From contig OZ244779.1 of the NCBI GenBank assembly GCA_965219575.1, positions 1,196,769 to 1,260,768 on the forward strand: DNA of 64,000 bases, written 5' to 3'. Shown here in pieces: positions 24,684 to 34,398 of this stretch (within the stretch, counting starts at the first letter, position 1; every line of letters begins with the position of its first letter). Source of the DNA: Candidatus Oxydemutatoraceae bacterium. GTDB lineage: Bacteria; Pseudomonadota; Gammaproteobacteria; Poriferisulfidales; Oxydemutatoraceae. The translations under genes and the position numbers were made by a program. The notes under the pieces were generated by a model, which was not told the DNA's origin, did not search any database, and was given only the letters and a program-made list of their open reading frames with translations.

Positions 24684-25691
24684 ATGTCCGTTCCTCCTAT
24701 TTATGTAATCAATCTAGAACGAACACCCGAGAGAAAACTTTACATACAAAGACAGCTCGATGCTTTGGGATTAAGCTGTTGTTTTGTGAATGCAATCGAT
24801 AAATACGAGTTACATTCTAAAGACTATAGAAGAGAGATCGCTCGTTATCTGGATATAGAAGAGGACATTATGGAATACAAATATAAAACACTTAAAGATA
24901 GGGGGTTTCCGGTAATGTTGAGCCACATCAAGGCGCATCATTCGATGGTGGAGAATAATATTCCCGCTGCGTGCATATTAGAAGACGATTCTTATCTATT
25001 AACGAGTTTTCCCGAAGTGTTGGCTTCTGCGATGAAGAGACCGTGGGACATATTGAAACTTAGTAGTTATGGAAAGACTCCCAATAAGATCATGGTTAAT
25101 TTATTTAAGAGTTATAGTCCACCTATGCGAATGAGGATTCATAATAGTCTCATCGATATCGTTAATTATAAAAAGAATTATCCGAGTTTGCGTCCGTATA
25201 CTGCGTATCTGGCTGCGCTCGGTGTTATCGAGTGTTATTTTGATGTTGTCGGAAATTATCTATATTTTAATACCCGCTACGGGAAATTTCTAAAGAAAAA
25301 ATATGCTAAGACCAAGAGAATTAATATCGACGAACCCGGCACACATTTTTGGTTGCCGCGATATTATTCATCGGGAATGGGTACGCCGTTGAGTCGCAAT
25401 AAAGCATCGTGGCATAAAATAACAGCCAAGCATTACATCGCCAATCCCGCCGAAGCAACGGGTTCGGGGACGGCGTATATGATTAGATTGTCGACGGTGG
25501 CAATCATTAAACAGGTAGCGATGGATCCTAATTTACCTATACAACATATAGACGCTATTCCGTGGATATTGTATAGACACAAAGGGATAAAGTTTTTTAT
25601 ATGTTCTCCTCCATGCGTCAAGTTCACATATCAATACCTCATTAATTCGGTGCGCTATCGGTTTTTGGGCAAACCCAGAGTCTGGTACTAG
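24684..25691 (+). CDS. Glycosyltransferase family 25 (LPS/LOS beta-glycosyltransferase-like)
   Basis: N-terminal IYVINLERTPER..IQRQLD..GL...FVNAID, LSH, ILEDD (DxD-like), C-terminal AYMI and HID motifs typical of GT25. Visibly AT-richer than its flanks. Confidence 0.85.
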   Translation: MSVPPIYVINLERTPERKLYIQRQLDALGLSCCFVNAIDKYELHSKDYRREIARYLDIEEDIMEYKYKTLKDRGFPVMLSHIKAHHSMVENNIPAACILEDDSYLLTSFPEVLASAMKRPWDILKLSSYGKTPNKIMVNLFKSYSPPMRMRIHNSLIDIVNYKKNYPSLRPYTAYLAALGVIECYFDVVGNYLYFNTRYGKFLKKKYAKTKRINIDEPGTHFWLPRYYSSGMGTPLSRNKASWHKITAKHYIANPAEATGSGTAYMIRLSTVAIIKQVAMDPNLPIQHIDAIPWILYRHKGIKFFICSPPCVKFTYQYLINSVRYRFLGKPRVWY

Positions 25692-26017
25692 AACACGCAC
25701 CGTACAAAATCGGACCGCACTTTGTGTGGTGGAACGACCCATATCGATCTACCGATTTATAGAAGCCATTCCGGATGTGACATTTAATGTAGGTTTATTC
25801 GGGGAAATAATGCGGGGTGCAGGAACTTGCAATGTCGGCTTGATAAAAGTAGACCGCTATGTCGGCGAGACCGATACCCGACGGGGTGATATTGCTCTCC
25901 CAAAAGGGCAATATTACAGGGGAGACTGTCATTCGTCTTATATTTACTACCGTTCATCCAAAACCGGAATCATCGCCTTTATTTATGGGCAAAATCGGCA
26001 TATTGGCTTAACGAGGA

Positions 26018-27637
26018 ATGAATATGCAAGTGCAAACAAATTTATTGATAGCAATCGGTGTCGTTTCCGAGCGACGACATCGCGATATAGAAAACCGATA
26101 TTCAAGGTTTCTGTTTTATTTGATAGCGGCATCGGCTTTGGTCGGTTGTATGTCGGTGGATACCGGTGCGCGGCGCATCGACAAAGAGGCGTTAGAGGCG
26201 GCGTACTATCAAAATCCGTCGCCCGAGTCTTATTTCAAAATTAACGAAGCGGCGGTTCCGTCGCAACTACTTCGTCGGGTAAATGTTACGAATGCACGGC
26301 TGAGTCTACGCGAGGCAATTCATGCAACGCTACCGTTTACCGTCGTCGTACGAGCGAAGGATGTTTCGGTAGATCTAGACCGAGTAATCCGCATAAGAAC
26401 CGGTACCGAGATGCGGGTTGTCGATTTCCTCACCTATTTGGAGGGCTTGAGTAATTATCGGATCGGCTTAAATCCGGAGAATAATATCGTCGAAGTCGCC
26501 GCGTATGTCACTCGTCGTTGGAATCTGGCGGCGATTGCTTCCGCCGGTCTCAATCAAATTCATTTCGGCTCGGCGACGAATACCGACGACGATAGCAACG
26601 ATGGCGATATCGGACACTCGGTCGACACCGAAATTTCTATTTCCAGCCGTATGGAATACGGAGACAAAACACCGTGGCAGGTGCTCGTAGAGCAGGCAAA
26701 TTGCATCATGAAAACACGTTTGTGCGAGCAGGATGTTTTTGAGTCATCGAACGAGAGTTTTGCGGTCGACGACCGCAACGATTTTGTCGACGAGTTATCG
26801 TGGGTGCAAGCCGACCAAAGAACCGGCCTGATGGTTGCTTCGGGTCCGTTGCAAGAGATCGACCGCTTGGGAGAATGGCTGACACCGTTGGCGCAAAAGT
26901 CTACCCGCTTGGTGCAGATGGAAGTATTGATATTGGATGTTGCGAATAACGACGCCAAGGTCAAATTGTTTAATCTCTTGGCACTCGACGGTTCGGAGCG
27001 CGTCGGTTTATCGGGTGGCAGCGAAGCGGGTATCGGTTTGACCGCCGGGGGTTGGGTTATCGATTCCGATTTCTCGATCAACGGAACCGACTTTAATGTG
27101 CTACTCAATAATTTCGATAGAGCGCAAGACATACAAGTGTTGCATCGCACCAATCTAATCGCCGCAAACGGCGGTGTTGCGCGTATCAATTCGGTTGAAA
27201 CTTTCTCGTACGCAGGCGGTCAAGAGATTATACCGGGCGACGCGAATAATCAGCAGCGGGTGTCGGCGAGTTTGGAACAAGCGCAGATCGGTTTGGAATT
27301 GACGGTGATGCCGCAGTTGTTGGCGGACGATAAAATTTTATTGACGGTCATCCCGGCGTTGTCGTCGTTGATAAGATTTGAGGACATCGTATCCGGCGGT
27401 GTCACGATATCCAGAGCGCCGCGTATATCGTTGACTAATTTAAGTTCTAAAGCGATCACCCGTTCGGGGCGTGCGGTTCCGGTAGGTGGTTTGACAACCG
27501 AGCAAATCAGCGATAGGGTCAGTGCCTCTTTAGGATTGGGTAAAACGGTACTGGGTGAACTATTCACATCCAAAGATAACAGTGGGCAGTTGCGCGAGTT
27601 GGTTGTCGTGGTGCTGCCTAGGGAGGTATCGGTATGA
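26018..27637 (+). CDS. Lipoprotein secretin (PilN/BfpB/TcpC/MshL-like outer-membrane channel)
   Basis: Hydrophobic stretch ending in lipobox LVGC (Cys44, 26147-26149). C-terminal secretin core: LVQMEVLILDV, GLELTVMPQLL, SGRAVPVGGL, RELVVVVLPR. The start may be the ATG at 26024, which follows GAGG. Confidence 0.85.
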   Translation: MNMQVQTNLLIAIGVVSERRHRDIENRYSRFLFYLIAASALVGCMSVDTGARRIDKEALEAAYYQNPSPESYFKINEAAVPSQLLRRVNVTNARLSLREAIHATLPFTVVVRAKDVSVDLDRVIRIRTGTEMRVVDFLTYLEGLSNYRIGLNPENNIVEVAAYVTRRWNLAAIASAGLNQIHFGSATNTDDDSNDGDIGHSVDTEISISSRMEYGDKTPWQVLVEQANCIMKTRLCEQDVFESSNESFAVDDRNDFVDELSWVQADQRTGLMVASGPLQEIDRLGEWLTPLAQKSTRLVQMEVLILDVANNDAKVKLFNLLALDGSERVGLSGGSEAGIGLTAGGWVIDSDFSINGTDFNVLLNNFDRAQDIQVLHRTNLIAANGGVARINSVETFSYAGGQEIIPGDANNQQRVSASLEQAQIGLELTVMPQLLADDKILLTVIPALSSLIRFEDIVSGGVTISRAPRISLTNLSSKAITRSGRAVPVGGLTTEQISDRVSASLGLGKTVLGELFTSKDNSGQLRELVVVVLPREVSV

Positions 27638-28491
27638 CGATATTCGTCCCCGGTCTATTGGAGATAAACGGCAAAAAATGTTTAATCGTTGCCGATTCGT
27701 TGAGCCACGAGCTGCCGGCTTCCGGCACGGTATTGCTGGAGCGAGTAGAGGGTTTTAATATCTTTTGCTTGGCGGAGGAGCTGGTGGCAAAGAAAGCGAT
27801 GTATCGCGGTGTGCCGGTCTACGGTTATTGGCAAACTCTACATGCGTCTAATCATTGGCAACCGGAAACCGGCATCACTGCATACAAGCACGGCACTATC
27901 GGACAATATGTTGCGATCGACCTAGACGAGAAAATCGCAACGACCGGAGAGGTCGTAGACGGTCGTGCCGTTGCTACGGCGGGCGAGCAGCTACGGCAGG
28001 CACAGATACGATGGCTCGAGATAACAACCGACGAGATTACTCTGCCGAGCTGTCCGGCGATGACGATGGCGGAGCAAATCGCAGCGCAAGAAAAAAACAA
28101 TCGGGCGGTGTTGGCGGCGGTGTCGCTTGCGATACTGGCGTTGCTACTCGGATCGGTATCGGGTTCGTGGTATGCCGATAAAGAAACAAGACGAATTGAA
28201 GCACATTACGAAGCTTTGACGGCGCAGATAGAGGTGGCACGCGCAACGGTATCCGAATTAAAAAAGACCAAGCTGGCTACCGCACCCGATCAGCACGAGC
28301 TGTTGACTTTGCTGGAAGCGTTGAGTTGGATAGAAGGAATTGAAATACCGAACTCCGAGATGAGTGCAATTCAATTATCGCTACCTTATCGCTCGTATAA
28401 CGACGCGATTTATATATTGACGCAGCATAACATTCGCTACACCGAGAACTGGTTGCCGGATGGACGCGTACGACTGAGTTTGCAACGATGA
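27634..28491 (+). CDS. Type IV filament accessory inner-membrane protein (PilO/PilM-N/GspL-like position)
   Basis: ATGA overlap with the secretin gene. A cytoplasmic N-domain, a single TM (AVLAAVSLAILALLLG) and a following coiled coil give GspL/PilN-like topology. The family is inferred from position and topology only. Confidence 0.55.
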   Translation: MTIFVPGLLEINGKKCLIVADSLSHELPASGTVLLERVEGFNIFCLAEELVAKKAMYRGVPVYGYWQTLHASNHWQPETGITAYKHGTIGQYVAIDLDEKIATTGEVVDGRAVATAGEQLRQAQIRWLEITTDEITLPSCPAMTMAEQIAAQEKNNRAVLAAVSLAILALLLGSVSGSWYADKETRRIEAHYEALTAQIEVARATVSELKKTKLATAPDQHELLTLLEALSWIEGIEIPNSEMSAIQLSLPYRSYNDAIYILTQHNIRYTENWLPDGRVRLSLQR

Positions 28492-28931
28492 CCAAGCTCT
28501 CGATTACGGTCGTTGCTTCGGTGTGCATCTATGTCTGCACGGCGGTGGTGTCTTATATGTTCAACGACGCACAGGTTCGCGATGGCGATTCCGTTATCGA
28601 TATCGGCACCTTAGAAAGTGAACTGCTCGCACTGGAGGATCAAATACAAGTGCTTAAAGGTGCCGAGCCGTTGATGCCCGTAGAGAAGAACTGGTTGACG
28701 GTGCAGAGAATTGTTGCTCGCTACCCCGAGTTGATCTGGCGCGCAAGCGAAGCTCTGGAGATTGCGAGCGAAACCGAAAATGCTTGGGGAGCGGTGATGA
28801 TCGCATCGCCCGACTTGCTTTTGCCGGTAATGCGTTCGATCCAAAGCACGGTACCCGCCGAAGTCTCGGAGATACAGCTGGACCGACGGCAAGGGGTTTT
28901 ATTGATAAATATCTTGGGAACGATTAAATGA
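28488..28931 (+). CDS. Type IV filament accessory protein (GspM/PilO-like topology)
   Basis: ATGA overlap, N-terminal TM, short coiled coil (LESELLALEDQIQVL) and a small C-terminal alpha/beta domain. Confidence 0.5.
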   Translation: MTKLSITVVASVCIYVCTAVVSYMFNDAQVRDGDSVIDIGTLESELLALEDQIQVLKGAEPLMPVEKNWLTVQRIVARYPELIWRASEALEIASETENAWGAVMIASPDLLLPVMRSIQSTVPAEVSEIQLDRRQGVLLINILGTIK

Positions 28932-29521
28932 AATTGATGAAAATGAACATTTCGGCACAGTATTTAGTGTTGGCGATTTGCGCTTTTGTATACGCTGGTA
29001 CCGCCGTGTCGGAGCCGGCACAATCTGCGCAACCGATTTTGCAGGCCGAAGAGATAAACGAGCGTATGACTTTATACAAGCGTATCAAGTTTGAACAAAA
29101 TAAAAAAGTGTTGATGCAGTTGCTACACGACATTGCCGATATACAAAAGCAATGTAGAGACAAAGGTTATTTGTGCAATGTCGAAGGCAGCGACGATTAT
29201 GGATCGCTTTTGATAGATTTGAATCACGCGCCCGACACACGGCACTCGGACGATACCGTTGCTTCTACGCATGCGGTCGGTGTTGCAATGCCCGATTTGA
29301 GGTTGCTCGGAATAGTCGGCGGGCGGGCGCGATTCGGGCTGGAAGACGGACGCATCGAAGATTTTGCTCCGGGTGAGTTGGTTGCGGATTTTTGGAAAGT
29401 TGCCGAGATCGCTACCGAAAGTGCGTTGCTCGTATCCGAAGAACAGCCCGATATAAAAGTGCGCTATCGAATACACAGAGAGCCGATCTCTAAAGAGGCT
29501 ACGACCGAGGTCGCCCGATGA
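28928..29521 (+). CDS. PilP/GspC-HR-like periplasmic accessory protein
   Basis: ATGA overlap, N-terminal signal/TM segment and coiled coil. The C-terminal LLGIVGGRARF..EDG....PGE.V...WKV.EI pattern resembles the PilP beta-sandwich. Confidence 0.6.
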   Translation: MKLMKMNISAQYLVLAICAFVYAGTAVSEPAQSAQPILQAEEINERMTLYKRIKFEQNKKVLMQLLHDIADIQKQCRDKGYLCNVEGSDDYGSLLIDLNHAPDTRHSDDTVASTHAVGVAMPDLRLLGIVGGRARFGLEDGRIEDFAPGELVADFWKVAEIATESALLVSEEQPDIKVRYRIHREPISKEATTEVAR

Positions 29522-31287
29522 AGCAACAACAAAGGATGCACAAGTTTAGACAGGTGCTCGAGTATCTGAATCGCAGCGGCGTGCTGGAGCGGGCGACGGT
29601 TAATCATATCGGATGTCCGGAACCCGATAACATCATCGAGAGACTATTGCAGTTGGGCGGCGAGAAGTTGTCTCCCGATTTGCTCGCCGAAGCACTCGCC
29701 GCAGTATTCGATTTAGAGGTCTACTCGCCCGAACACCACGGTGTGCCTATCTGTAAGGACGACGATCAAAAAGATTGGGTTTATGCGAATCACAAGTTAT
29801 TTTTGACTAATCCGTTTATTTCCCCGGCGATCCGGGGCTTATTGAATTCCGAGGTACTGGCTAAAGCACCGTTGAAGGGATACGGTGTACTGCGGGTCGC
29901 AGAGCGTAGCGGTGTGCGCAACGCCGAGCAGTATAAGGAAAATGCCCGCGGTGTTGCCGCCAAGAAGCTCGTTATGAAGTGGCTCAAAGATGCGGTGCAG
30001 GCCGGTGCGAGTGATTTGCAAATCGTACCGATAGACGGCAACAGCGTGTTAATTAAACAACGCATAGACGGAAAGCTTCATCCGCTACACGAATGGGCAT
30101 ACAAAGACGACGAGGGTGTGTCTTATAAACATTTGTGCAATGTAATCTTGAACGAATGTAGACAAGTGACGGGAACCTTCAATCGCCTCATAGACAGCTG
30201 TTTCAAGATCGAGGAAGTGCCGCATCGTGCTATCGAGGTGCGCGTTTCGATGCGTCCTATTTTTGTGGGAGGTGTGAATAAACCGGCATTCTTTTTGCGA
30301 TTTTTGGGCAGTCGCCATGTCAATACATCGAAGATAGCCGATCTGAAGGTGTCCGAACATGTTGCTCGCTTGTTGGAGAAGATTACCGCAATGACCGACG
30401 GGCTGTGCGTCTTTACCGGACCTACCGGTTCCGGTAAAACTACGATGATCTATACCGTCTTGAACGAAATACACCGCCGTTATCCGTATAAATCGATACA
30501 GACTTTGGAAGACCCGGTCGAGCAGAACTTGGAGGGTATAGAGCAAACCCAGATTAGCAACGACGACGGCAGCGCACACAACAACGGCTTGACTTTTGAA
30601 TCGGGGATACGCTCTATGATGCGTACCGATGTAGATTTGATTTTGGTCGGAGAGATAAGAGACAGCCGAACCGCGCGCCAAGCGATGCGCGCCGGGCTTA
30701 CCGGACACGGTGTATTGACTACTTTGCATACCGTAGACGCACTCGGTGTTATAGACCGTTTGATCGATTTGGGAATCGAAAGGACACAACTGGCATCTTG
30801 GTTGCGTTTTGTTTCGGCGCAGCGTTTGGTTGCCGAGGTATGTCGGCATTGCTCGACCGAAGTCGTGGCGCACGACTACTACGAACATCCGGTGCATCAC
30901 TCGGATACCGCACACAAAGTCAGAGTGGCGAATCCCGAAGGGTGTTCGCATTGTCGTGCCGGTTATCGCGGCCGCCGTTTGATTATGGAGGTTATCCCGA
31001 TCGATGCGGCGTTGCAAAAATTACTCAACGAAGGTGCATCGAGTTATGAGATGCGCGCACACATCAAGCAAGAAAAAAGTTATAGGTGTCTGGAGGATTA
31101 TGCGTTGCAGTTATGGTTTCGGGGGGCGACTACTTTGGAAGCCCTATCGGATATTTTCGGTTGTACTTGGGGCGTGCCTAAGAATTCTTCGGTGCGTTCT
31201 AATGAGAACAATCGTTTGAGCCTACCCGAGTACGGTGTATCGGTTGCTCGGGGAAATCACCCCATCGTTAAAGGAGATTTATTATGA
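29518..31287 (+). CDS. GspE/PilB/PilQ-family assembly ATPase
   Basis: ASDLQI, RIDG, Walker A GPTGSGKTT, Asp box TLEDPVE, Walker B LILVGEIRD, His box TGHGVLTTLH, AQRL, and tetracysteine zinc motif CRHC...CSHC followed by GYRGR. Confidence 0.95.
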   Translation: MKQQQRMHKFRQVLEYLNRSGVLERATVNHIGCPEPDNIIERLLQLGGEKLSPDLLAEALAAVFDLEVYSPEHHGVPICKDDDQKDWVYANHKLFLTNPFISPAIRGLLNSEVLAKAPLKGYGVLRVAERSGVRNAEQYKENARGVAAKKLVMKWLKDAVQAGASDLQIVPIDGNSVLIKQRIDGKLHPLHEWAYKDDEGVSYKHLCNVILNECRQVTGTFNRLIDSCFKIEEVPHRAIEVRVSMRPIFVGGVNKPAFFLRFLGSRHVNTSKIADLKVSEHVARLLEKITAMTDGLCVFTGPTGSGKTTMIYTVLNEIHRRYPYKSIQTLEDPVEQNLEGIEQTQISNDDGSAHNNGLTFESGIRSMMRTDVDLILVGEIRDSRTARQAMRAGLTGHGVLTTLHTVDALGVIDRLIDLGIERTQLASWLRFVSAQRLVAEVCRHCSTEVVAHDYYEHPVHHSDTAHKVRVANPEGCSHCRAGYRGRRLIMEVIPIDAALQKLLNEGASSYEMRAHIKQEKSYRCLEDYALQLWFRGATTLEALSDIFGCTWGVPKNSSVRSNENNRLSLPEYGVSVARGNHPIVKGDLL

Positions 31288-31730
31288 AACATGCGTTTAG
31301 TTTACAGAGGTCGACGAAGCACGGCGGCTTCACATTGATAGAAGTCATTATCGTCGTTGCCGTTTTGGCGGCATTAACCGCCAGTGCGATTTATGCACTG
31401 GCACCGGGCGATAAAATTTCGTCGGCGGAAGAGGCCGGATTAAAACAGATACTGATATCCAGAGTGCCTACCGAATTGACCCAACATCGTTTGAAAAACG
31501 GTGATGTGTCGGGTTTTAAGCTGTCCGATAATAGTGTGGTTTTTATGGAGAATTGGCCGGGTGTCAAAAAAAGCAATAAGCTGAAGTTTACCCCCACGGC
31601 ACAAAAACTCACTCTGGAGATGGAGACCACATTCGACGCCACCAATTTGATGAACTCCCTGGCGGCGATGCAAAATGTTACCGCCGGCATCTCGAGTAAA
31701 GTACTGAAAGTAGAGTACACCGTCCGGTAG
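31284..31730 (+). CDS. Major type IV prepilin candidate
   Basis: Class III signal peptide MKHAFSLQRSTKHGG|FTLIEVIIVVAVLAAL (G-1, F+1, E+5) and strong RBS AAAGGAG. Confidence 0.9.
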   Translation: MKHAFSLQRSTKHGGFTLIEVIIVVAVLAALTASAIYALAPGDKISSAEEAGLKQILISRVPTELTQHRLKNGDVSGFKLSDNSVVFMENWPGVKKSNKLKFTPTAQKLTLEMETTFDATNLMNSLAAMQNVTAGISSKVLKVEYTVR

Positions 31731-31741
31731 AAAGCGCGGCG

Positions 31742-32896
31742 ATGTTTGCTTGGCGAATTCAAAGGGTGAGAGGAAACGGTAATTTGCGCGAAACCGTCAT
31801 CCCCGGATTGAATCTCGAGCGTGCGCTTGCCACGGCCGGTTATGACCCGAGCGGTATCGTCAAAGCCGAGAGATGTCTGCATTACGACGGGTTGGTTGCA
31901 AAGATTTCGCCACAGGCACAGATGATTTTTCTGATGAAGTTGCTACCTTATTATATTTCCGGTGTTCCCGACCAATCGGCACGGTTATTTAGAACCTATA
32001 CACCGATTCGGAGAATGAGTAAACGCTACCCGACGGCGTTGGATATTAATTCCAGCTTGAGTGAAAGATTGGAGGCACTGCGTTTTAATCCCGTCGTCGT
32101 TGCGGTGATACGCGCCGGCGAACAGAGCGGGGAAATCGCTACGGTTATAAAGCAAGCCGTTTCCAATTTACAAAAAGAAATAGAAATGAATAAAAAAGCG
32201 CACAAAGGAATCGTCGGTGGTTTGCTGCTATTTGCCGCGTCGGTGGTGATCTTGTTGGGTGTATCGGCAACGACCTCGGGTGCTTTGGATTCGGTTATCG
32301 AAGCCGGCATTATAAAACAACATAATTTCGCCGGACTGATCTTGAATGCTCTGGGAGACTACGCCCGCAATTACCTGTGGAGTTTGCCCTTAATTGTGGT
32401 ATCGGCAACGGGTATGGTCTTTAAGTACGGCGATTATTTGAAGAAGCTATGGCCGATATCGGTTTTTGATACTTATCTGAGGACATTACGCTCGATTCGT
32501 CTGGTCTTGGTATGGCTTATTTTGGAACGCGCCGGTCTGAACATAGAACACGACGAGCAGTTGCTTGCAACCGCCATCGGCACATCGCTCGCGACACGCA
32601 TTTCGGCGCAGAGAAAAAGCGGAGAGACATTCGGCGATTTACTGAGTAGCCGATATTTCTCCTCGAGCTTGGAAGAGTGTTGTGCGGGTATTTCGGCACT
32701 CGGTGTTTCGGACAAAATACACTTACTGGAACAGATCGAACAGATGTTGGATATAGAAAGCGCACAGCTTGCAACGACTATCTCGCGTACTTTTTATATT
32801 ATCGGGATGGTCGTTGCGATGACCGCCATCGCGCTCATTTTATACGGTATCTTATTGCCGATTTATGCTTCGGGTTTGGACGGTGTGCGGTTATGA
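31742..32896 (+). CDS. GspF/PilC/PilR-family inner-membrane platform protein
   Basis: VIRAGEQSGEI motif (T2SSF GExSG), three predicted TM segments, C-terminal ..LLPIY, and operon context. Confidence 0.85.
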   Translation: MFAWRIQRVRGNGNLRETVIPGLNLERALATAGYDPSGIVKAERCLHYDGLVAKISPQAQMIFLMKLLPYYISGVPDQSARLFRTYTPIRRMSKRYPTALDINSSLSERLEALRFNPVVVAVIRAGEQSGEIATVIKQAVSNLQKEIEMNKKAHKGIVGGLLLFAASVVILLGVSATTSGALDSVIEAGIIKQHNFAGLILNALGDYARNYLWSLPLIVVSATGMVFKYGDYLKKLWPISVFDTYLRTLRSIRLVLVWLILERAGLNIEHDEQLLATAIGTSLATRISAQRKSGETFGDLLSSRYFSSSLEECCAGISALGVSDKIHLLEQIEQMLDIESAQLATTISRTFYIIGMVVAMTAIALILYGILLPIYASGLDGVRL

Positions 32897-33390
32897 AATC
32901 GGAGATATTCGGTTATACGCTGATAGAAGTGCTAGTCGTGGTTGCGATGCTTGCCGTTTTGACCGGTATGACGATAGTCCATACGATGCGCGATGTAGAT
33001 TTGCAGCTCGCCGAACTGGAGTTCCGCGAGCATTACCGCAAAGCCGAGAGTATATCGGTGTATGCGCGTAATTTACACACCGCAGGCTTTCGTTCGAGCG
33101 GCGACTTGAATATCGAGCAGCTACAAACTGCGACACGGGGCGGCGACCACGAGGTGCTTGCAAATGAGATTGCGCAAATAACCGCCGACCATGCAAGCGA
33201 TGATTTTAAGGTACGCTTTGCCGAAAAATATATACAAGTTAAATTTCTCGTTGCCGACGAAGTCGCGTCCGCCGGCTATCCGCTGCAAAGACGAAGCCTC
33301 AACGGAGACAAAGACGAAGTCTCGTTAAGAAGAATGATACAAGCCGAGCGCAGCCGCACCCTGAAGTTAAACGATTATTTGATGAATTGA
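32893..33390 (+). CDS. Minor prepilin / pseudopilin
   Basis: The true start is the ATG at 32893 (ATGA overlap with the platform gene's stop), not 32677. Sequence is MKSEIFG|YTLIEVLVVVAMLAVL, a class III signal with Tyr at +1. Confidence 0.8.
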   Translation: MKSEIFGYTLIEVLVVVAMLAVLTGMTIVHTMRDVDLQLAELEFREHYRKAESISVYARNLHTAGFRSSGDLNIEQLQTATRGGDHEVLANEIAQITADHASDDFKVRFAEKYIQVKFLVADEVASAGYPLQRRSLNGDKDEVSLRRMIQAERSRTLKLNDYLMN

Positions 33391-33393
33391 GGT

Positions 33394-34290
33394 ATGGCGG
33401 GAATCGTGCGACACGACGATACGATAAAAAGGCAATGTGGTTTTACATTGATAGAAACCCTGATCACGGTGGCTATTTTGTCAATTTTGGTTTCCGGTTA
33501 TGCGGCATTCAAGTTGGAAGCCGATATTAGCGAATTAAACCAAAAGCTGTCGGATGCGCTGGTCGAAGAGTTCACATTGCTCGGTAATCAAGCGCAAACG
33601 GTTTATGCGCAGACCGGTTCGTGGCCGGGCTATGCGAACCGATGTGTGCGCGCACTCGACGATGTTACGATGCAGGAGTTGAGCGTAGATCAAAACTCGC
33701 CGTTTCCTGCGCTACCTTATACGACGGGTTGCACCGATAGAATATTCACGATTAGTATCGAGATGCCCGCGAGCTTAGCGGCATGGGCGTACTATATCGG
33801 AGCTAGAACGCCGAGCATCGATAGTCCGTTGCTTTTATCGAACGATAATCTAGGGCTGACATCCAACTGGCCGCTGCCGGCGGATATCACCGTGTTCAAA
33901 CAACTACTGAACGATTATTATAAGCTCGACGGTTCGCAGGCGATGACCGGCGATATGAACCTAGACGGGCATAATATCGTCGGCATCGCCAAGGCGCAGG
34001 GGAACGATTTCGAGCTGAGCCGCAAACACAGCTTGAGTAAAACGGTGCAGAATATTCAACTCGTTCGCGCCGGCGACACGATTGCCAAACCCGATTGTGC
34101 CTTGCCGAAAATTTATATAACATCCGCCAATATAGGGAACCCGTCCGGGCGACCGGTGACCTCTATACAATGGACGGCATCCGCCGGTGCCAACACATGG
34201 ACTATAGAAAACACGCTGTCCGACGACAGAAGTTTTAATAGCAACGATAAAAGTTTTTTAAGGGGTATTGCGATCGTTAAATGTTCCTAG
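33394..34290 (+). CDS. Minor/tip prepilin with extended C-terminal adhesin-like domain (PilV/TcpB/CofB-like)
   Basis: Class III signal KRQCG|FTLIETLITVAIL. The pilin domain has a Cys pair, followed by a DGSQAMTGDMNLDGHNI linker and a C-terminal domain bounded by IAKPDC and AIVKCS-stop. Confidence 0.75.
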   Translation: MAGIVRHDDTIKRQCGFTLIETLITVAILSILVSGYAAFKLEADISELNQKLSDALVEEFTLLGNQAQTVYAQTGSWPGYANRCVRALDDVTMQELSVDQNSPFPALPYTTGCTDRIFTISIEMPASLAAWAYYIGARTPSIDSPLLLSNDNLGLTSNWPLPADITVFKQLLNDYYKLDGSQAMTGDMNLDGHNIVGIAKAQGNDFELSRKHSLSKTVQNIQLVRAGDTIAKPDCALPKIYITSANIGNPSGRPVTSIQWTASAGANTWTIENTLSDDRSFNSNDKSFLRGIAIVKCS

Positions 34291-34398
34291 CCCTAAACGC
34301 TAAGCTGTGTTAAGATGTGGCATTGATATGAAATTTTCGGTTGCCGACAACACCCGATGAAGGGCCGGAAAAAGCTACAATCAATGGAGAGAAAATAA

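Noticed and set aside
25885-25990. Possible riboswitch (e.g. c-di-GMP) upstream of the pilus operon
   Set aside because: Only one hairpin (GTGATATTGC...GCAATATTAC) is evident, and the conserved c-di-GMP-I/II motifs could not be matched by eye. An Rfam scan would settle it.
25726-26244. 172-aa ORF upstream of the secretin (possible PilL-like gene)
   Set aside because: It overlaps the secretin gene by about 230 bp in another frame and has no signal peptide, lipobox or recognizable motif.
30085-31017. 310-aa minus-strand ORF
   Set aside because: Antisense to the well-supported ATPase gene, with no motifs.
32677-32892. N-terminal extension of the 237-aa ORF in the track
   Set aside because: It overlaps the platform gene. 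The class III signal and the ATGA overlap place the start at 32893.
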